A DNA stretch of 64,000 nt from the human T2T-CHM13v2.0 reference genome, Homo sapiens. The position numbers and the translations under genes were made by a program. Where the stretch lies: assembly GCF_009914755.1 (NCBI RefSeq), contig NC_060928.1. One strand, given 5' to 3'. The notes beneath the pieces are model-generated. The model searched no databases and was not told where the DNA came from. It was given only the letters and a program-made list of their open reading frames with translations. Positions 1 through 12,885 of this stretch are shown in pieces (the stretch's first letter is position 1; each line of letters begins with the position of its first letter).

Positions 1-1683
1 GTTTTATATAATGATGCACCAAGGTTTGTCTTGGGCCTCAGAATTTAGCTAACATATGTGTTTTAGTTTTCACATGGCCTTCAGTATTGTGGAGGCTGAG
101 AAACCAAATACCTACTTCAATGTCATTTATTATTTTCCCCTAGAAAAGTTTCTGAAATTGTGCATAAAGCAAAAGCTGAAATAAAATGGAAATTCACAGG
201 CAATTTATTGTCTTAAAAGCCAATTTTGTTGTTCTAATGCTACGTTTTAAGTCCAATGTTTAACAACAAATATTTCTCAAGTGAATGTTTTAAGAATACA
301 AAATACAACTGAAGATAATAACCTGAAGTCTGCATATACATTCCGTGGGATCACGTCATTTAAAGTGCACCAAATCTTCAAATCCAGGAGTTAAGTCTCT
401 TTTTTTTTTTTTCTCTTAGAGAAGACAACAAAATTAATAGTACACTGGCAATAGCACTAACAGCAGGAGCTTACACTGCCAGACCTGGTTTAAAAAGCCT
501 CTTGTTCCTATATTAACTTTGGTTGGAAGAATAAAACTATTTGTTATTTAACATGTCCAGTATATGTTCCCATAACAGCTGACAGTGTTAAAAAAAAAAA
601 AAGAATTATTGTCTCTGGACTATAGTGTCATACTTTTAAAATGTGACTAATAAATTTTAATAATAAAATTGTAATTATAACTAAACATTGTTATGTATGT
701 TTATATATATTTTCTTGAATCCCAGAGGATTGCTTTATGATGTTGATTTTTTGCTTCAGACTTGAGCTTAGCTATTTATTAATTTTTAACATTCAACCAT
801 CAGCATTGGGCTAAAATATGTAGTTAAGTACAAAATTAGTTTTTTGTGTACCTTCTAGTATTTTTTAATGCAAATACAAGCAAATTCTAGTATATATTCT
901 TATTTTTTCTCTTTCTAACATAAAACGTAACATACACACTCTTCTGTACTTTAATATGCCAAGTTTAAAATACAATCCAGAATCTCAATTTTCCATGACA
1001 AACACAAATACTGACTGAAGCAGCTGCAGAATATTCCTATCAGATATAGTAGAATTCAATGTAAAAAAGCCTTAGAAGGCACAAAAATTTTCATACTGGT
1101 AAAATAAATAATTAACCAAAAAAACGAAATGGCCACAAACTTTTATGCCTCTCTAACAACATGGCTTTAAAATATGTTAAGTAAAAATTGACAACGCTAC
1201 AAGGAATAATAGATGAATCCGCAGTTCTACTATGAGGCTTTAACATAAGTCTCTCAGAAAAGAACATATGATGGAAACAAAATATAAATAAGAATACAGA
1301 GAATTTGGATGACCTGGTTTCAAGCATGCTCTAGTAGGTAAGTATGGAGAAAACATTGTACCCAACAGAGGATACACATTCTTTCCAAACATACTTGAAG
1401 GATTTTTCAAAATTGCCCATGTATTAACAAAGGAAATCTCAGGAAATCCCAAAGATTTATACTATATAGGCCACATTTACTGAGCACAATGTGATACAAT
1501 TAGAAATTGGTGACAAAATTAATCCAGAAAGTTAGAAAATCTACATCTGTAAATTCAAAAAATAAAAACACTTCTAAACAAGTATTAGCTGAAAAAAGTA
1601 ATCTAAATAAAAAGTTCGAATGATTCAGGACAGAAGTAACTCCAAAGTTCTAAATACCAAAAGAAAAATTTAAAATAAATGAA

Positions 1684-1788
1684 GTAGGTGCAGCAAACCA
1701 CCATGGCACACATATAGCTATATAACAAACTTACACGCTATGGACTTGTATCCTGGAACTTAAAGTAAAATAAAAAATAAAAATAAAA
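1684..1788 (+). mobile_element. Short old L1PA (PA13-16-like) 3' end with A-tail
   Basis: taggtgcagcaaaccaccatggcacac...ggaacttaaagtaaaa; TSD taaaataaatgaa at 1671-1683 and 1789-1801. Confidence 0.8.
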
Positions 1789-1828
1789 TAAAATAAATGA
1801 ACTAACCTTTTGATTCCAGAAGATAATA

Positions 1829-2563
1829 CAGTTGACCCTTGGACAACACAAATGTGAAATGCATGAGTCCACTTACATAGATTTTTTTCTGCCTCTGCCA
1901 GTCCTGAGACAAGACCAACCCCTCTTCTTTCTCCTTCTCAGCCTAATCAATGTGAAGATGATGAGGATGAAGACCTTTATGATGATCCACTTCCACTTAA
2001 TGAATAGTAAATATATTTTATCTTCCTTATGATTTTTTTTTGGGGGGGGGCGGGGGACAGAGTCTCGTCCTGTAGCCCAGGCTGGAGTGCAGTGGCACAA
2101 TCTCGGCTCACTACAAGCTCTGCTTCCCGGGTTCACGCCATTCTCCTGTCAGCCTCCCAAGTAGCTGGGACTACAGGCGCCCGCCACCGTGCCCGGCTAA
2201 TTTTTTGTATTTTTAGTAGAGCTGGGGTTTCACCGTGTTAGCCAGGATGGTCTCGATCTCCTGACCTCTTGATCCACCCACCTTGGCCTCCCAATGTGCT
2301 GGGATTACAGACCGTGAGCCACTGCGCCCGGCCTATGATTTTCTTAATAACATTTTATTTTCTCTATTTCTTTAAGAATAGAGTATATAATACATATAGC
2401 ATATAAAATATGTGTTATTCAACTATTTATATTATAAATAAGGCTTCCTGTCAACAGTAGGCCATTAGTAACTCAGTTTTGGGGAAGTCAAAAGTTACAC
2501 AAAGATTTCCGACTGAACAGGGGATCGGTGCCCCTAACCCTCCCATTGTTCAGGAGTCAACTG
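1829..2563 (+). mobile_element. Tigger2a-like DNA transposon interrupted by AluY
   Basis: Terminal inverted repeats cagttgacccttggacaac / ttgttcaggagtcaactg; TA at both flanks. Confidence 0.85.
2037..2333 (-). mobile_element. AluY
   Basis: Dimeric Alu with Y-type caagctc/ttcacgccattctc; TSD tatgatttt at 2028-2036 and 2334-2342. Confidence 0.9.
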
Positions 2564-3349
2564 TAAATGCCAAAAATAGGAAGGAATTAATGAAAGAAAA
2601 CTAAAAGTTAATCAATAAACTAAAAGGGAAAAGTAACACCCAGAATAAAAAATGCTAAGTGACTAGAGAGACAGGGAAAATTTACATTGTAAGAGAAAAA
2701 TAGATTCACCTTTATACCAATACATTTGAAAGCCTAAATAGAAAATGACAATTTTGTAGGAAAATTCAAATTTTTAAAATTAGCTCGAGAAGATATGGAT
2801 AACCTGAGTAATAGAATTGAAATTATAGCCTCCCTCCCCACCACCCTCCCAATGGCACCGTGCCCAGGCAATTTTATAGGTCATTTCTACCAAACCTTTA
2901 AGGAACAGATAGTTATTTCTTTTACAACTGTTTTAGAGCATAGATATATTTGGGAAGCCATATAACTCATTTTATGGGATATAATCCTGATAAAAACAAT
3001 TCTCAAAGAAATAATAAGCAATATCATATATGGGTATACATGTAAAAATATTAATTGAATTCTGTAAAGTATTAAAAATGGGATTAGTGCCTCTTAAAAT
3101 AGGGCAAGTAGTGTTTGTCCCAAGAATGCAAATCAGGTTCAGTGGTTGAGAAGATATGAACCAATGGGACCCTGTCAGAAAAGATTAAAGGAGAATCATG
3201 TAAACTTCTCAAGACAAGCCCAAAAAAGTTTTTATTAAATTTGACACCCATTTATGAAATAAACTCATATAAAACTAGGAAACACCTTTAACTTGATAAA
3301 GGCTAGCTGCCAAAACCCAAGAGTAAACACCATATTTAATTCTGAAACT

Positions 3350-3730
3350 AGGCTAAGATTAGAGTCAAGCAAGTAAGGCACTCGCCTCAGGTGCAGAATT
3401 TAAGGGGGAGCACCACAAACCTAGGTAATCAGATAAATAATATTTTAATGCAGTATTTTTTTAAAATTAGTGTTAATACACAAGATGAAGACTTTAAAGT
3501 ACCAAAATTTTGAATGAAAACCCATGCCATGCGGAGCCCTATGGGAGCCATATACATAGTCTTGAGTGGTTTTATTTTTAATGGTTACTTTTTTCCAGAA
3601 CATTAAAGTAGCTGAAAAAATATTGAAAATGAAACATAGGTATATTAAAAACCACATTATTTTAAGTTTAAACTTTTATTTATATCCCAATCAGAATTTA
3701 TTACATTTTTACTTTCCTGGCTTTAAATGA
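3350..3730 (+). mobile_element. MER96B-like hAT MITE
   Basis: gcaagtaaggcactcgcctcaggtgcagaatttaaggggg...gataaataatattttaatgc matches the MER96 family 5' part. Confidence 0.6.
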
Positions 3731-4844
3731 ACTCCAACTCATCAGTAATATTTTCAAACTCTTTCTTGGCTTCTCAGTTGAGAACATAGCCATGTTTCAC
3801 AATTTCTCCTGACCGAGTGACTGTATTAAATAACCACTAATAGGGCAAAAAAATAGGATACAGAATTTCTAAATTAATAGAAGAAAAAAATGTCCAAGGA
3901 AAAATAAAAATCATTATAATAAAGTCAGAAAAGGTAGAAAAAAGGAAAATACCAAAAAAAAAACCATCAAATAAGATAACAAGAATCAGATCAAACATAT
4001 TGATTACATAGTAAATGTAAAATGATAGATTTCTCAATTAACAAAGATTATCAGATAGAGTGAAAAAGACATTCTGTACGTACTGTTTGCAAGAGATACG
4101 CTTATAACTAAAAGACCCTGAAACCTTGTCAATTAAATAACAAGGAATATTAGATAAACGAATACAAAAAAGGGAGCAGGATGGCAATATTAATATAAAA
4201 AAAGTAGAATTCAAAGAAAAACACATTAAATGGGACAAAAGTATAAAGTCTAAATGGAAACTATAGTAGCAGCGAAACAAAGTAATAACAGTGAAACATA
4301 AGCAAAAACATTTTCAAAAGGACAAAATAAAATTTTACATAAATCATAATTAAAGTGGGAGACTTTCACACATTTTTTCCACAGTTTGATCAAGTAAACC
4401 AAAAAATTGTTAAATGTATAATTATCAAATAATACCATTAAGACACTTGATTTGATTAATATATTTAAACTCTACAGAGAATATTCTACTCAAATGTCCA
4501 TAAGACACGTACAATAAACAGCCCCAAAGAAAAGTTAAATAAATTCTCAGACCAACAGGCCACATTCTCTTATAAAGATATAATAAAATGAGAAATTTAC
4601 AATAAAAAATGCACACAGGACTGGAAATTTACCAATATTGTACTCTCCTAAATGACTCCTGGATTAGAGAAAAGAAATCAAAATTAAAATCATAAACTAT
4701 TACCCATACATGTGCGTACTATGTGCCAAGCACTCTTCTGCCTGCTAGAAATACAATAGTGAAGAAATTGAGTTGCTGGGTTGGGGGCGGGGTTCATATA
4801 CTCACAAACAATAAGCAAATAAACCAATAAGTGTTTGTGTGTGA

Positions 4845-5015
4845 AATCTCACAACAATCTTATGAGGTATTTTATTAGCTCAATACGACAGATAAGGAAA
4901 TGGAAACAGGAAGAGGTTAAGTAATTAGCCCAAGATCACCTATCTAGTAAGTGAGAAGGCTGGGATTCAAATCTAGCAGCCTGGCTTCAGAGTCCACACT
5001 ACAGTGTACAGCCTC
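4845..5015. mobile_element. MIR
   Basis: MIR core cagataaggaaatggaaacaggaagaggttaagtaattagcccaagatcac. Confidence 0.75.
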
Positions 5016-5323
5016 TTGTATGTGAGAAAGAAGCCTATGCTAACAAATATAAAAATGTAGATTTTTTTCAGAAAACACAACTACTGAAATCAGTTAAAGA
5101 AAAGGTAGAAAATCCAAACAGACCAATAGACATGGAAGAAATTGGAAAGTTAATCAAATACATAATGTCTGTTAAAGCTCCAGGGTTAAATGGCTAATTA
5201 GTAATTAGCTAGGTAATTCTTACGTTATTTTAAATATTTCCGAGCCTCGATATTAATAGCTTCATATTAAAGCTCTTATTTTATGAAGCTAGCATGACCT
5301 TAACACCAAACTTGACAGAGGTA

Positions 5324-5326
5324 ACA

Positions 5327-5363
<37 letters not shown>
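5324..5363. repeat. (CA)n microsatellite
   Basis: Seen directly. Confidence 0.95.
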
Positions 5364-5364
<1 letters not shown>

Positions 5365-5394
5365 ATTTTGGCTCATTCTCATCTAAAAATAGAA

Positions 5395-5620
5395 ATAACA
5401 GCTAAGCCGTACATAGTGCTTACTAAGTGCCAGGCTATTCTTACATAGTGCCAGGATATTCTAACCAGCTTAATGTATTAACTCATTTATTCTTCAAAAC
5501 AATGCTGTTTTCATCTTATAAAAGAGAAACACACAGAAGGTTATGGGACTTGCCCAAAATTACACTGCAAGTTAGTGGCAGGTAGTTAATGGCAAAGCTG
5601 GAATATCAACCCAGGCATAG
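5395..5620. mobile_element. MIR
   Basis: gtgcttactaagtgccagg...gacttgcccaaaattacac. Confidence 0.65.
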
Positions 5621-5796
5621 AGACTTGGTTCAGAATTAGGAAATGTGCTAATTCTACTCATTACATAAACAAAATAAAGTAGAATAACTGTATTATCATA
5701 TCTATAAAGGCTGAAAAGGCACTTGATAAAATTCAGTTTCTAATTAACAAACAAAGAAACTCATGGTGAATTAGAAATTTTCTTAATATATTAGGG

Positions 5797-6275
5797 CAGT
5801 GGTCCCCAACCTTTTTGGCACCAGGAGCCCATTTTGTGGAAGACAATTTTTCCACGGACGAGTGGGGTGGTTTCAGAATGATTGAAACCCATTACATTTA
5901 TTGTGCACTTTATTTCTATTATTATTACATTGTAATACATAATGAAATAATTATACAACTCACCATAATGTAGAATTAGTGGGAGCCCTGAGCTTGTTTT
6001 CCTGCAACTAGACGGTCCTATCTGGGGGTGACGGGGAACAGTGTCAGATCATCAGGCATTAGATTCTCAGGAGCACACAACTTAGGTTTCGAATTTGCAG
6101 TTCATCATGGGGTTTGTTATGAGAATCTAATCCTCCCACTGACCTGACAGAAGGCAGAGAGCAGGCGGTAATGTGAGTGATGGGGAGCAGCTGTAAACAC
6201 AGATGAAGCTTCGCTTGCTTGCCTCCTGCTGTGTGGCCTGGTTCCTAACAGGCCACAGACGGTTGGGGACCCCTG
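5797..6275 (+). mobile_element. MER1A (hAT-Charlie)
   Basis: TIRs cagtggtccccaacc / ggttggggacccctg with MER1 internal sequence. Confidence 0.85.
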
Positions 6276-6819
6276 TGCTAGAGAATACAACATAAAACAA
6301 AGTAACAAGTAAAACACCAGATGCTTTTTCACTAAAATAGGTACATAAATAATCAATTTTTAAAAATATATAAAATGGCAAGCTATACATTTGTTGAGGG
6401 ATAAAAAGGACTTTACACATTTATAGACAAAGGTATACCTATATTTGTAATCAATTCACACATAGTCCCAATCTATGTTTTAAAAATAAACAGAATCCTG
6501 AGTTATTAATCTCTTTATTTTGTGGGACTATAGTTTGGATGATAATATATATAACTCCTACTTCTTTTTGGATGTTTCTGATATTTCTGAGGACTTTTGT
6601 CTATTCAGGTAAAGGAAGCAGCAATAGAAAGGCAATCTTCCAAATTAATATTTTTAGGGATTTTGTGTTTCATTCCTCATACTAATAAACCCACAACTTC
6701 CCCTACCCTCTCCCTACATCCCAGCTCCTAATTCAGTCATCAGTGGTTGATGAGCTGATTAGGGTTTCCAGACTTAACAAGTAAAAATATAGAATGAATA
6801 CTCAATTTAAAAATTTAAA

Positions 6820-7075
6820 ACAATAATAGCTTTTATTAAGCATTTATTAAGACTTTATAATAACCAGGTACTTTGCTGAGTACTCTGCAGACATTATTTC
6901 ACATTGAATTCTAGCAACACCTATGAGGTAGATATTATTGTGAGTATCTCCATTTTACACAGGAAAAAAAATGGAATCTCAGAGGTTGAATCATTTGCCA
7001 AAGACCACAGCTAATAATGGTGGGGCCAAACTTCAATCCCACAATCTTAAGTCTTAACTCTTCTGCTCCGGAGCC
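6820..7075. mobile_element. MIR
   Basis: ccattttacacaggaaaaaaaatggaatctcagaggttgaatcatttgcc core. Confidence 0.8.
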
Positions 7076-7381
7076 TACCAGCTGTGCAGATTCCGAGTGA
7101 TGGGAAAGGTGAAGCGGCACCTGACACATTGCAGGTGCTCAGTGGTGGGATGTGCTCTTCTGTTGTGCAATCCAAAGGTGTGATCGGCTGCACCTGCCAC
7201 CTTCACTGTCTCTCGATGAGCAGCACACCTGCCCTCAGGCACACTGCTCACCCCATCCCCACTTCAAACCCCATGAACATCGCGTCTGCTAAAGAGGCTG
7301 TTCCCTTAGAGCAGAAAGGCAGTATGGTAGAGGGTGGGCTGCCAAGCTGGGTCCCTGCCACACTGCCACGCTGGCTTTTAC

Positions 7382-7590
7382 TTTTTTTTTTTTTTTTTTT
7401 TTTTTGCAACAGAGTCTCACTCTGTTGCCCAGGCTGGAGTGCAGCGGCGCAATCTCGGTTCCCAGGCTCCCAGGTTCAAGCTATTCCTGCAATATCCGCC
7501 TCCCAAGCTCCCAGGCTCAAGTGATTCTTGTGCCTCAGTTTCCCGAGTAGCTGGGATTACAAGCGCTCGCCACCATGCCCGGCTAATTTA
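7382..7590 (-). mobile_element. 5'-truncated Alu (right monomer) with internal duplications
   Basis: Poly(T) then Alu right arm; TSD-like tttactttt on both sides. Confidence 0.85.
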
Positions 7591-7594
7591 CTTT

Positions 7595-7890
7595 TATATT
7601 TAAAAAATTAAAATTGAAATTGTATATATTTAAGACGTATCGTGTGGTGTTTTGATACACATATACATAGCGAACTGCTCAGTGCAGTTAAACTAATACA
7701 CTCAACTTTTTACATAGTTACCTTGTTTTATGTTTGGTAAGAACACTTAAGATCTACGTGTTAGCAAATTTTAAGTATACATGCAGTATTATTAACTAGA
7801 GTCCTTATGCTGTACATTAGATCTCCGGTACTAATCCATCCTGCATAACTGAAACTTTGTTCCCTGTGACCAACACCTCTCTGTTTCCCT
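7595..7890 (-). mobile_element. L1MA (MA8/9-like) 3' end
   Basis: gtaagaacacttaagatctac...ctgtacattagatctcc...ataactgaaactttg. Confidence 0.8.
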
Positions 7891-8664
7891 AAATTTGTAT
7901 TTCAGATACGCAGTGAGTAATTTTTTTAGGACATGGAATATTTAGGACATACTTATACTAAAAAAGTATTAATTAACAGGAATTCCAATTAAACTGGGCA
8001 AACTGAATTATTTTACCTGGTAGCCCTAAGGCTGATCCTAGGTTTTAAATTTTGCACTGTGTTTCTCTGAAGGCGTGGCTAGCCACTAGACTGAAGATTT
8101 TTCAGCACAAAGTTTTCCTGCCTTGTGTCAGCTGTAAGTTCCATTTACACAGTGAATCTGAGATATCTGCTTTTTAGCAGTCTTATATATGGATATAAGT
8201 TCTTACATATGAATATTGTATAATTAAACTTTATTTGATTCCTATCTACCAGCCAAAAAAATACAAATCTGTAAATGTTTAGCTAGAACAAGTAGACAAA
8301 TGGGTGTTTTCTAGAGGCATTCCTTACTAAAAAGAATTGCAGCGGAAGCATTTATGTACACCAAAAACAGGGTCCCAAAGAGCAAGACATACTACTTTTC
8401 ATGATACCCATTGAATATAAAATTAGAAAATGTGCACTTGGGTAGTACAAAATGTTTATGTCCTAATCATCAGATTTTAAAGGCTTCAGTTTCCTGGGGC
8501 TCATATTTAGACATTTTAATAACACTGATTTGAAAATAAGTGTTTTTACGGTATATGAACTAGTTCTGCAAATATATACTGTGAGATTTGAGTGAAACTG
8601 TTTTCACTACATTAAAAATTAAATTACAATATTTACTAGCAGTATGATTTTTAAATATGTATCA

Positions 8665-9913
8665 TACACATTTTTTATTTTGAAATGTTTTAAATTCATA
8701 GAAAAGTTGAAAGAAAAAGCTCATATACTCGTCCTCCAGATTCACAAAGTATCATCATCTTGACACATGCACACATACATACACACACTGCCCTTTTGCC
8801 AAATCACTTTCTTGTAGACCACAGATATAGTGATATTTCATCTCTAGGTACCACGGTATGCATCTCCCGAGAACGAGAACATTCTTATAACCAATCACAA
8901 TACTATTATTGCACCTAAGAAAATTAACATGAATTCAATGATGTCATTCAACGTATGAATCATACTTGAATTTCTCTAATTATCTAAAAAAATGTCCATT
9001 ACAGCTCCCTATCCCAGCCCCATCCAATATCAACCAAGAATCATGCATTACATTTGGCCCTTTTTTGGGGGGTGTCTCATTATGCTCCCTCTATCCAGAA
9101 CCGTTCTCCACCTTCCTTTTTTTTCGCAACACTGAGTTCATTGAAGAGTCTAGGCCAATTGTCTTGGGAGATGGTACCACATTCTGGATTCTTCTGATTC
9201 TTTCTTTATGAAAATTTTCTAGCATGAGCAGCACCATGGCAATGTCTTACATCTCCCACGACATCACATCAGGAGGCATAGAATGCTATGATGTCACGCT
9301 GTTCCACTACTGGCACTTCTCATTATAGAGACATACTTTCCCTTTGGTAATTACTGAGTAATTTGTGGAGTGATCATTTGAGGTCATGTAAACATTCTGT
9401 GCCTCAATACATCCTCACCTCATGGCTTAACCACTCATTAATAATTTATGCCTGTGTCAGTTATTATATTGCATGTTACAAAATGAGGATTTTCTAATCT
9501 TATCATTTCTTTGTACATTTATTAGCTGTCATTATACTATAAAGAAGAGCCTTCTTTCTCTCTCCTCCCTCTCTCTTCTGATATCACATAAGTTTGTGAT
9601 TCATTTTTAAAAATTCAATGTGTTATAATTCATTACCATCATTTTTCTTTTTGATGCTGAAATTGTCCCAAATTTGGTCAGCGGGTAGCACTTCATGCTG
9701 GCTCCTGGGACCTTTTGACACGCCTCATTAATCTTTCAGTACATTGTTGCTTATGGCACAAGATGTTCCAAGCTCACTTTGTACTTGTACTTTCCTGGCC
9801 TCAGACCTAGAATCCTCCATTTCTCCAAGAATTCCTGGTTCCTTTTAATGGGAAATAATTTTTGGATATTAAGATCTGGATTCCAAATACAATTACTACA
9901 GGATGTAATATCT

Positions 9914-9945
<32 letters not shown>

Positions 9946-10960
9946 GTATCTTAAAATCATGAGTTAATATGAATAGGCACAATTGGAATCCAACACTACA
10001 GGATTCTTTCTCATCATCTCTTCAGTGAAGTGAAATCAACTGAGATTTCCAACAACATTAAAATATTTACTCACTAATTTTATCCTAATAAACAAAAAAT
10101 AGTCCCAGAATTACAACAGTAATACTACCACCAATGGCAAATCTAGTAAGTAAAACTGTAAAATTACCTGAAACATCCTTATATTTCGTACCAAAGTATA
10201 CAGTCTACAGAGCATGCTTAAAAGCCACTTGAATTAATTATTTTCTGTGTGGATAGGTTATTAATTTCACATACTGTGAAAATCATTTATTTGTGTTTAA
10301 ATTCCATTTTAGTGCTTGATTTGTCATACTTTTTATTTACTTTTATTTTTTCTATATACATATAAAACATTGATATATTTCACAAGTCGAAACTATATAA
10401 AAAGGTATACTCAGTGAAGTCTTATTCAAACCCCTCTACTTTGTTCCCACCATAGATAAGATTATGTGTCTATCTGTTGATATACATCCTTATCTATTTA
10501 TGACTATCTATTGATATATATCCTAGTTTACCTTCTTTCTTGCACAAAAGGTAGCATACTATATATATATTCTTTTGTTTTGTTTTTTTACTTAACAATA
10601 TAGTCTAGATATGACACCATATCAATTCACAGGAAGCTGTAGATCCGTTGTTTATTCAACCAGTCAATCCTTTAGGTAAGGGCATTTAGGTTGTTACAAT
10701 ATTTTGCCATTACACATAGTGCCATAATAAATAAACTTGTGCATATATTGTTTTGAATTTGTGGAGCTGTATATTAAGGGTAAATTCTTAGGGTTGGAAT
10801 GTCTGAATAATAAAGCAAATACCTATACAGTTTTGTTAGATATTGACAAATTCTCCTTCACAGGGGTTATAACATTTTGCATTCCCACCAGCAGTGGATG
10901 GAAATTTCTTTCTCCCTAGCACCTGGCCATTGGAGCACGTGGTCAAGTTGCCAAGCTTAT
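8665..10960 (-). mobile_element. L1MC/L1ME 3' UTR fragments
   Basis: ttttgaaatgttttaaattcatagaaaagttg start; gtcccaaatttggtcagc and cattcccaccagcagtg motifs. Confidence 0.65.
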
Positions 10961-11685
10961 AGATAAGAAATGATAAATTTAAAACTATTTTAAATTTACA
11001 AGAGTAATCACAGGCAAGTTACTGAGTCTGTCTGAGCCTTAGCTTTCCAGTTAAGATAAAAATGCCCATCTTAATTGTTCAGATGACCAAATCTGAAACA
11101 TATAGATTTGTGGATATATAAAAATCTATGACTTGGCACATAATAAATATTCAATATGTGGTATTTTAGAATTAATATTATTATGTATTTAGTAGGTAAT
11201 AAATTTCTATTGTATTTTAATAAATAAGCCTTGCTAACATGGAAAACTATCATACCTATAATTATAGAGAATAAGCACCAGAGACCTTAAAGATCATTAA
11301 AGGCAAAATGTTTTTATCTCATATTCCATTTTTAATTACTTGGTAGTAACTTCCAGGGTGCTATGTTAATAATGATTCAAATGACAAATTTTTGTTTAGC
11401 AGTAAGAGATTGACAAGTTATATCTACTACAGACATGAATATGAATTTTACATACATATTTCCTATCAGTGATTTGGTTGAATCCATTGTTTTTGTAGTT
11501 AAGGAAATGAGGGCAAATAGATTGTAATATTCTATAGATGATACAGCAAATTAATATCAAAGTCAAGGTTATAAATTAGAATTTCTAACAGTGTCATGCT
11601 TTTTCTATTATGCCACAGCATACACACTCTCTCTTTAACACACTCTCTCATAGCACACTTTCTAACTTGGTCACTCGTTCACTTG

Positions 11686-11687
<2 letters not shown>

Positions 11688-11719
<32 letters not shown>
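11688..11719. repeat. (CA)n microsatellite
   Basis: Seen directly. Confidence 0.95.
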
Positions 11720-12434
11720 GAGATGTACTCTCGTTTTTTCTCTTAGTTAATTGTAACACAATTTAGCCCTCTCTTTCTGGAGGAAAACTCTACCCTCATA
11801 ATGCATATGGATTTTACATCTGTAAAATTTATCCACAATATGAATTAAGGTAGGGATTTATTTATGGTATTTAAGTTGCAAAAAATGGCATTTGCACAGG
11901 GGAGATTCTTTTATGCAGAGCATGATCACTTGACAATTAAGTTTCTTTTCATGGAAGAATGGTAAGCATCAAAGAAATGGAAAGGTTCCTCAAATTTAGG
12001 CCTAGCTGATTTAATGTGAATTAAAAACTGAAGGGTAAACAGCTTTTCAAGTGGATAAAAAAAATTGATCATTACAGGCATCATATCATTGATTCTGTTG
12101 TTCATTTTTACTTTTCCAAAGTGTGAGATAAGCAGAAGCAATAAGCCATCACTGATGGTGTGAGAGCCATATGGTGGGGAGGTAAAGGGTTACTTGAAGA
12201 ACAGTCTGGTTGCAGAGGCAGAAAGTGAAAAACAAAATGACAAGCATTCCTACAAAGCAATATATCAAGTGCAAATTAATACACGGTTACACCTTATCAA
12301 GCCACCACTTATCTAACCATCTCAACTCTGGAACACAGCCTTAAATCCTGAATATGCAAAACAGCTCCTGAACAATAAAAATACAAGTTAGAAAATGTAT
12401 GCAGTTTACCAGAAACATGTAATTTAATACCAAT

Positions 12435-12885
12435 ATTGAATATTCTAAGGACTCTGGCTTCTATTCTTGAGAAAGGAAAGAAGGCATTGCAGGGTTTTGA
12501 GCAGAGGAGTAGCATGAACTAACTCCTTTTGGCCGGGATCATTTTCTCTACCATGTTGTGAACAGACTGGTCAGGGAGGTGGGGGGCAATGGTAGAAGCA
12601 GGGAGACCAGTTGGGAGGTTATTGCAACAATCCAGGCAGGAGATGACAGAGGACTCCCCTGAATGCAAAGAGTGTAGTCTGTAAAAACTGGTCAGATTCT
12701 GGGTATATGATAGAGGTAGATCCAACAGGATTTACTCTTGGAATAGATTTGGGGATTGAGAGATACGGAGGAGAGAAGGATGACTCCAAATTTTTTGCTG
12801 GGCAATGATAAGTATGGTATTGCTGATAAATGAAATGGGAAAGACTATAGGAGGAGCAGTTTGGACAGTTTGAGCATCAAGAAAA
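12435..12885 (-). mobile_element. L2 fragment
   Basis: gggttttgagcagaggagt...gaagcagggagaccagttgggaggttattgcaacaatccagg. Confidence 0.8.

Larger units (their letters stand above)
1150..5330 (+). mobile_element. Fragmented ancient L1M ORF2 remnants (interrupted by younger elements)
   Basis: A-rich, degenerate L1 endonuclease/RT-region sequence (e.g. 1370-1510, 2700-3340, 3950-4700); no ORF; boundaries approximate. Confidence 0.6.
6760..8028. mobile_element. MER53 hAT MITE split into two parts (6760-6810 and 7890-8028)
   Basis: Left TIR tagggtttccagacttaacaagtaaaaata; right part ends tacctggtagcccta; flanks gagctgat / aggctgat resemble an 8-bp TSD. Confidence 0.65.

Noticed and set aside
7084-7603. 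146-aa and 89-aa ORFs (and similar ORFs at 2029, 30534, 34976, 61511, 62776)
   Set aside because: Run through antisense Alu or poly(T); typical Alu-derived spurious peptides
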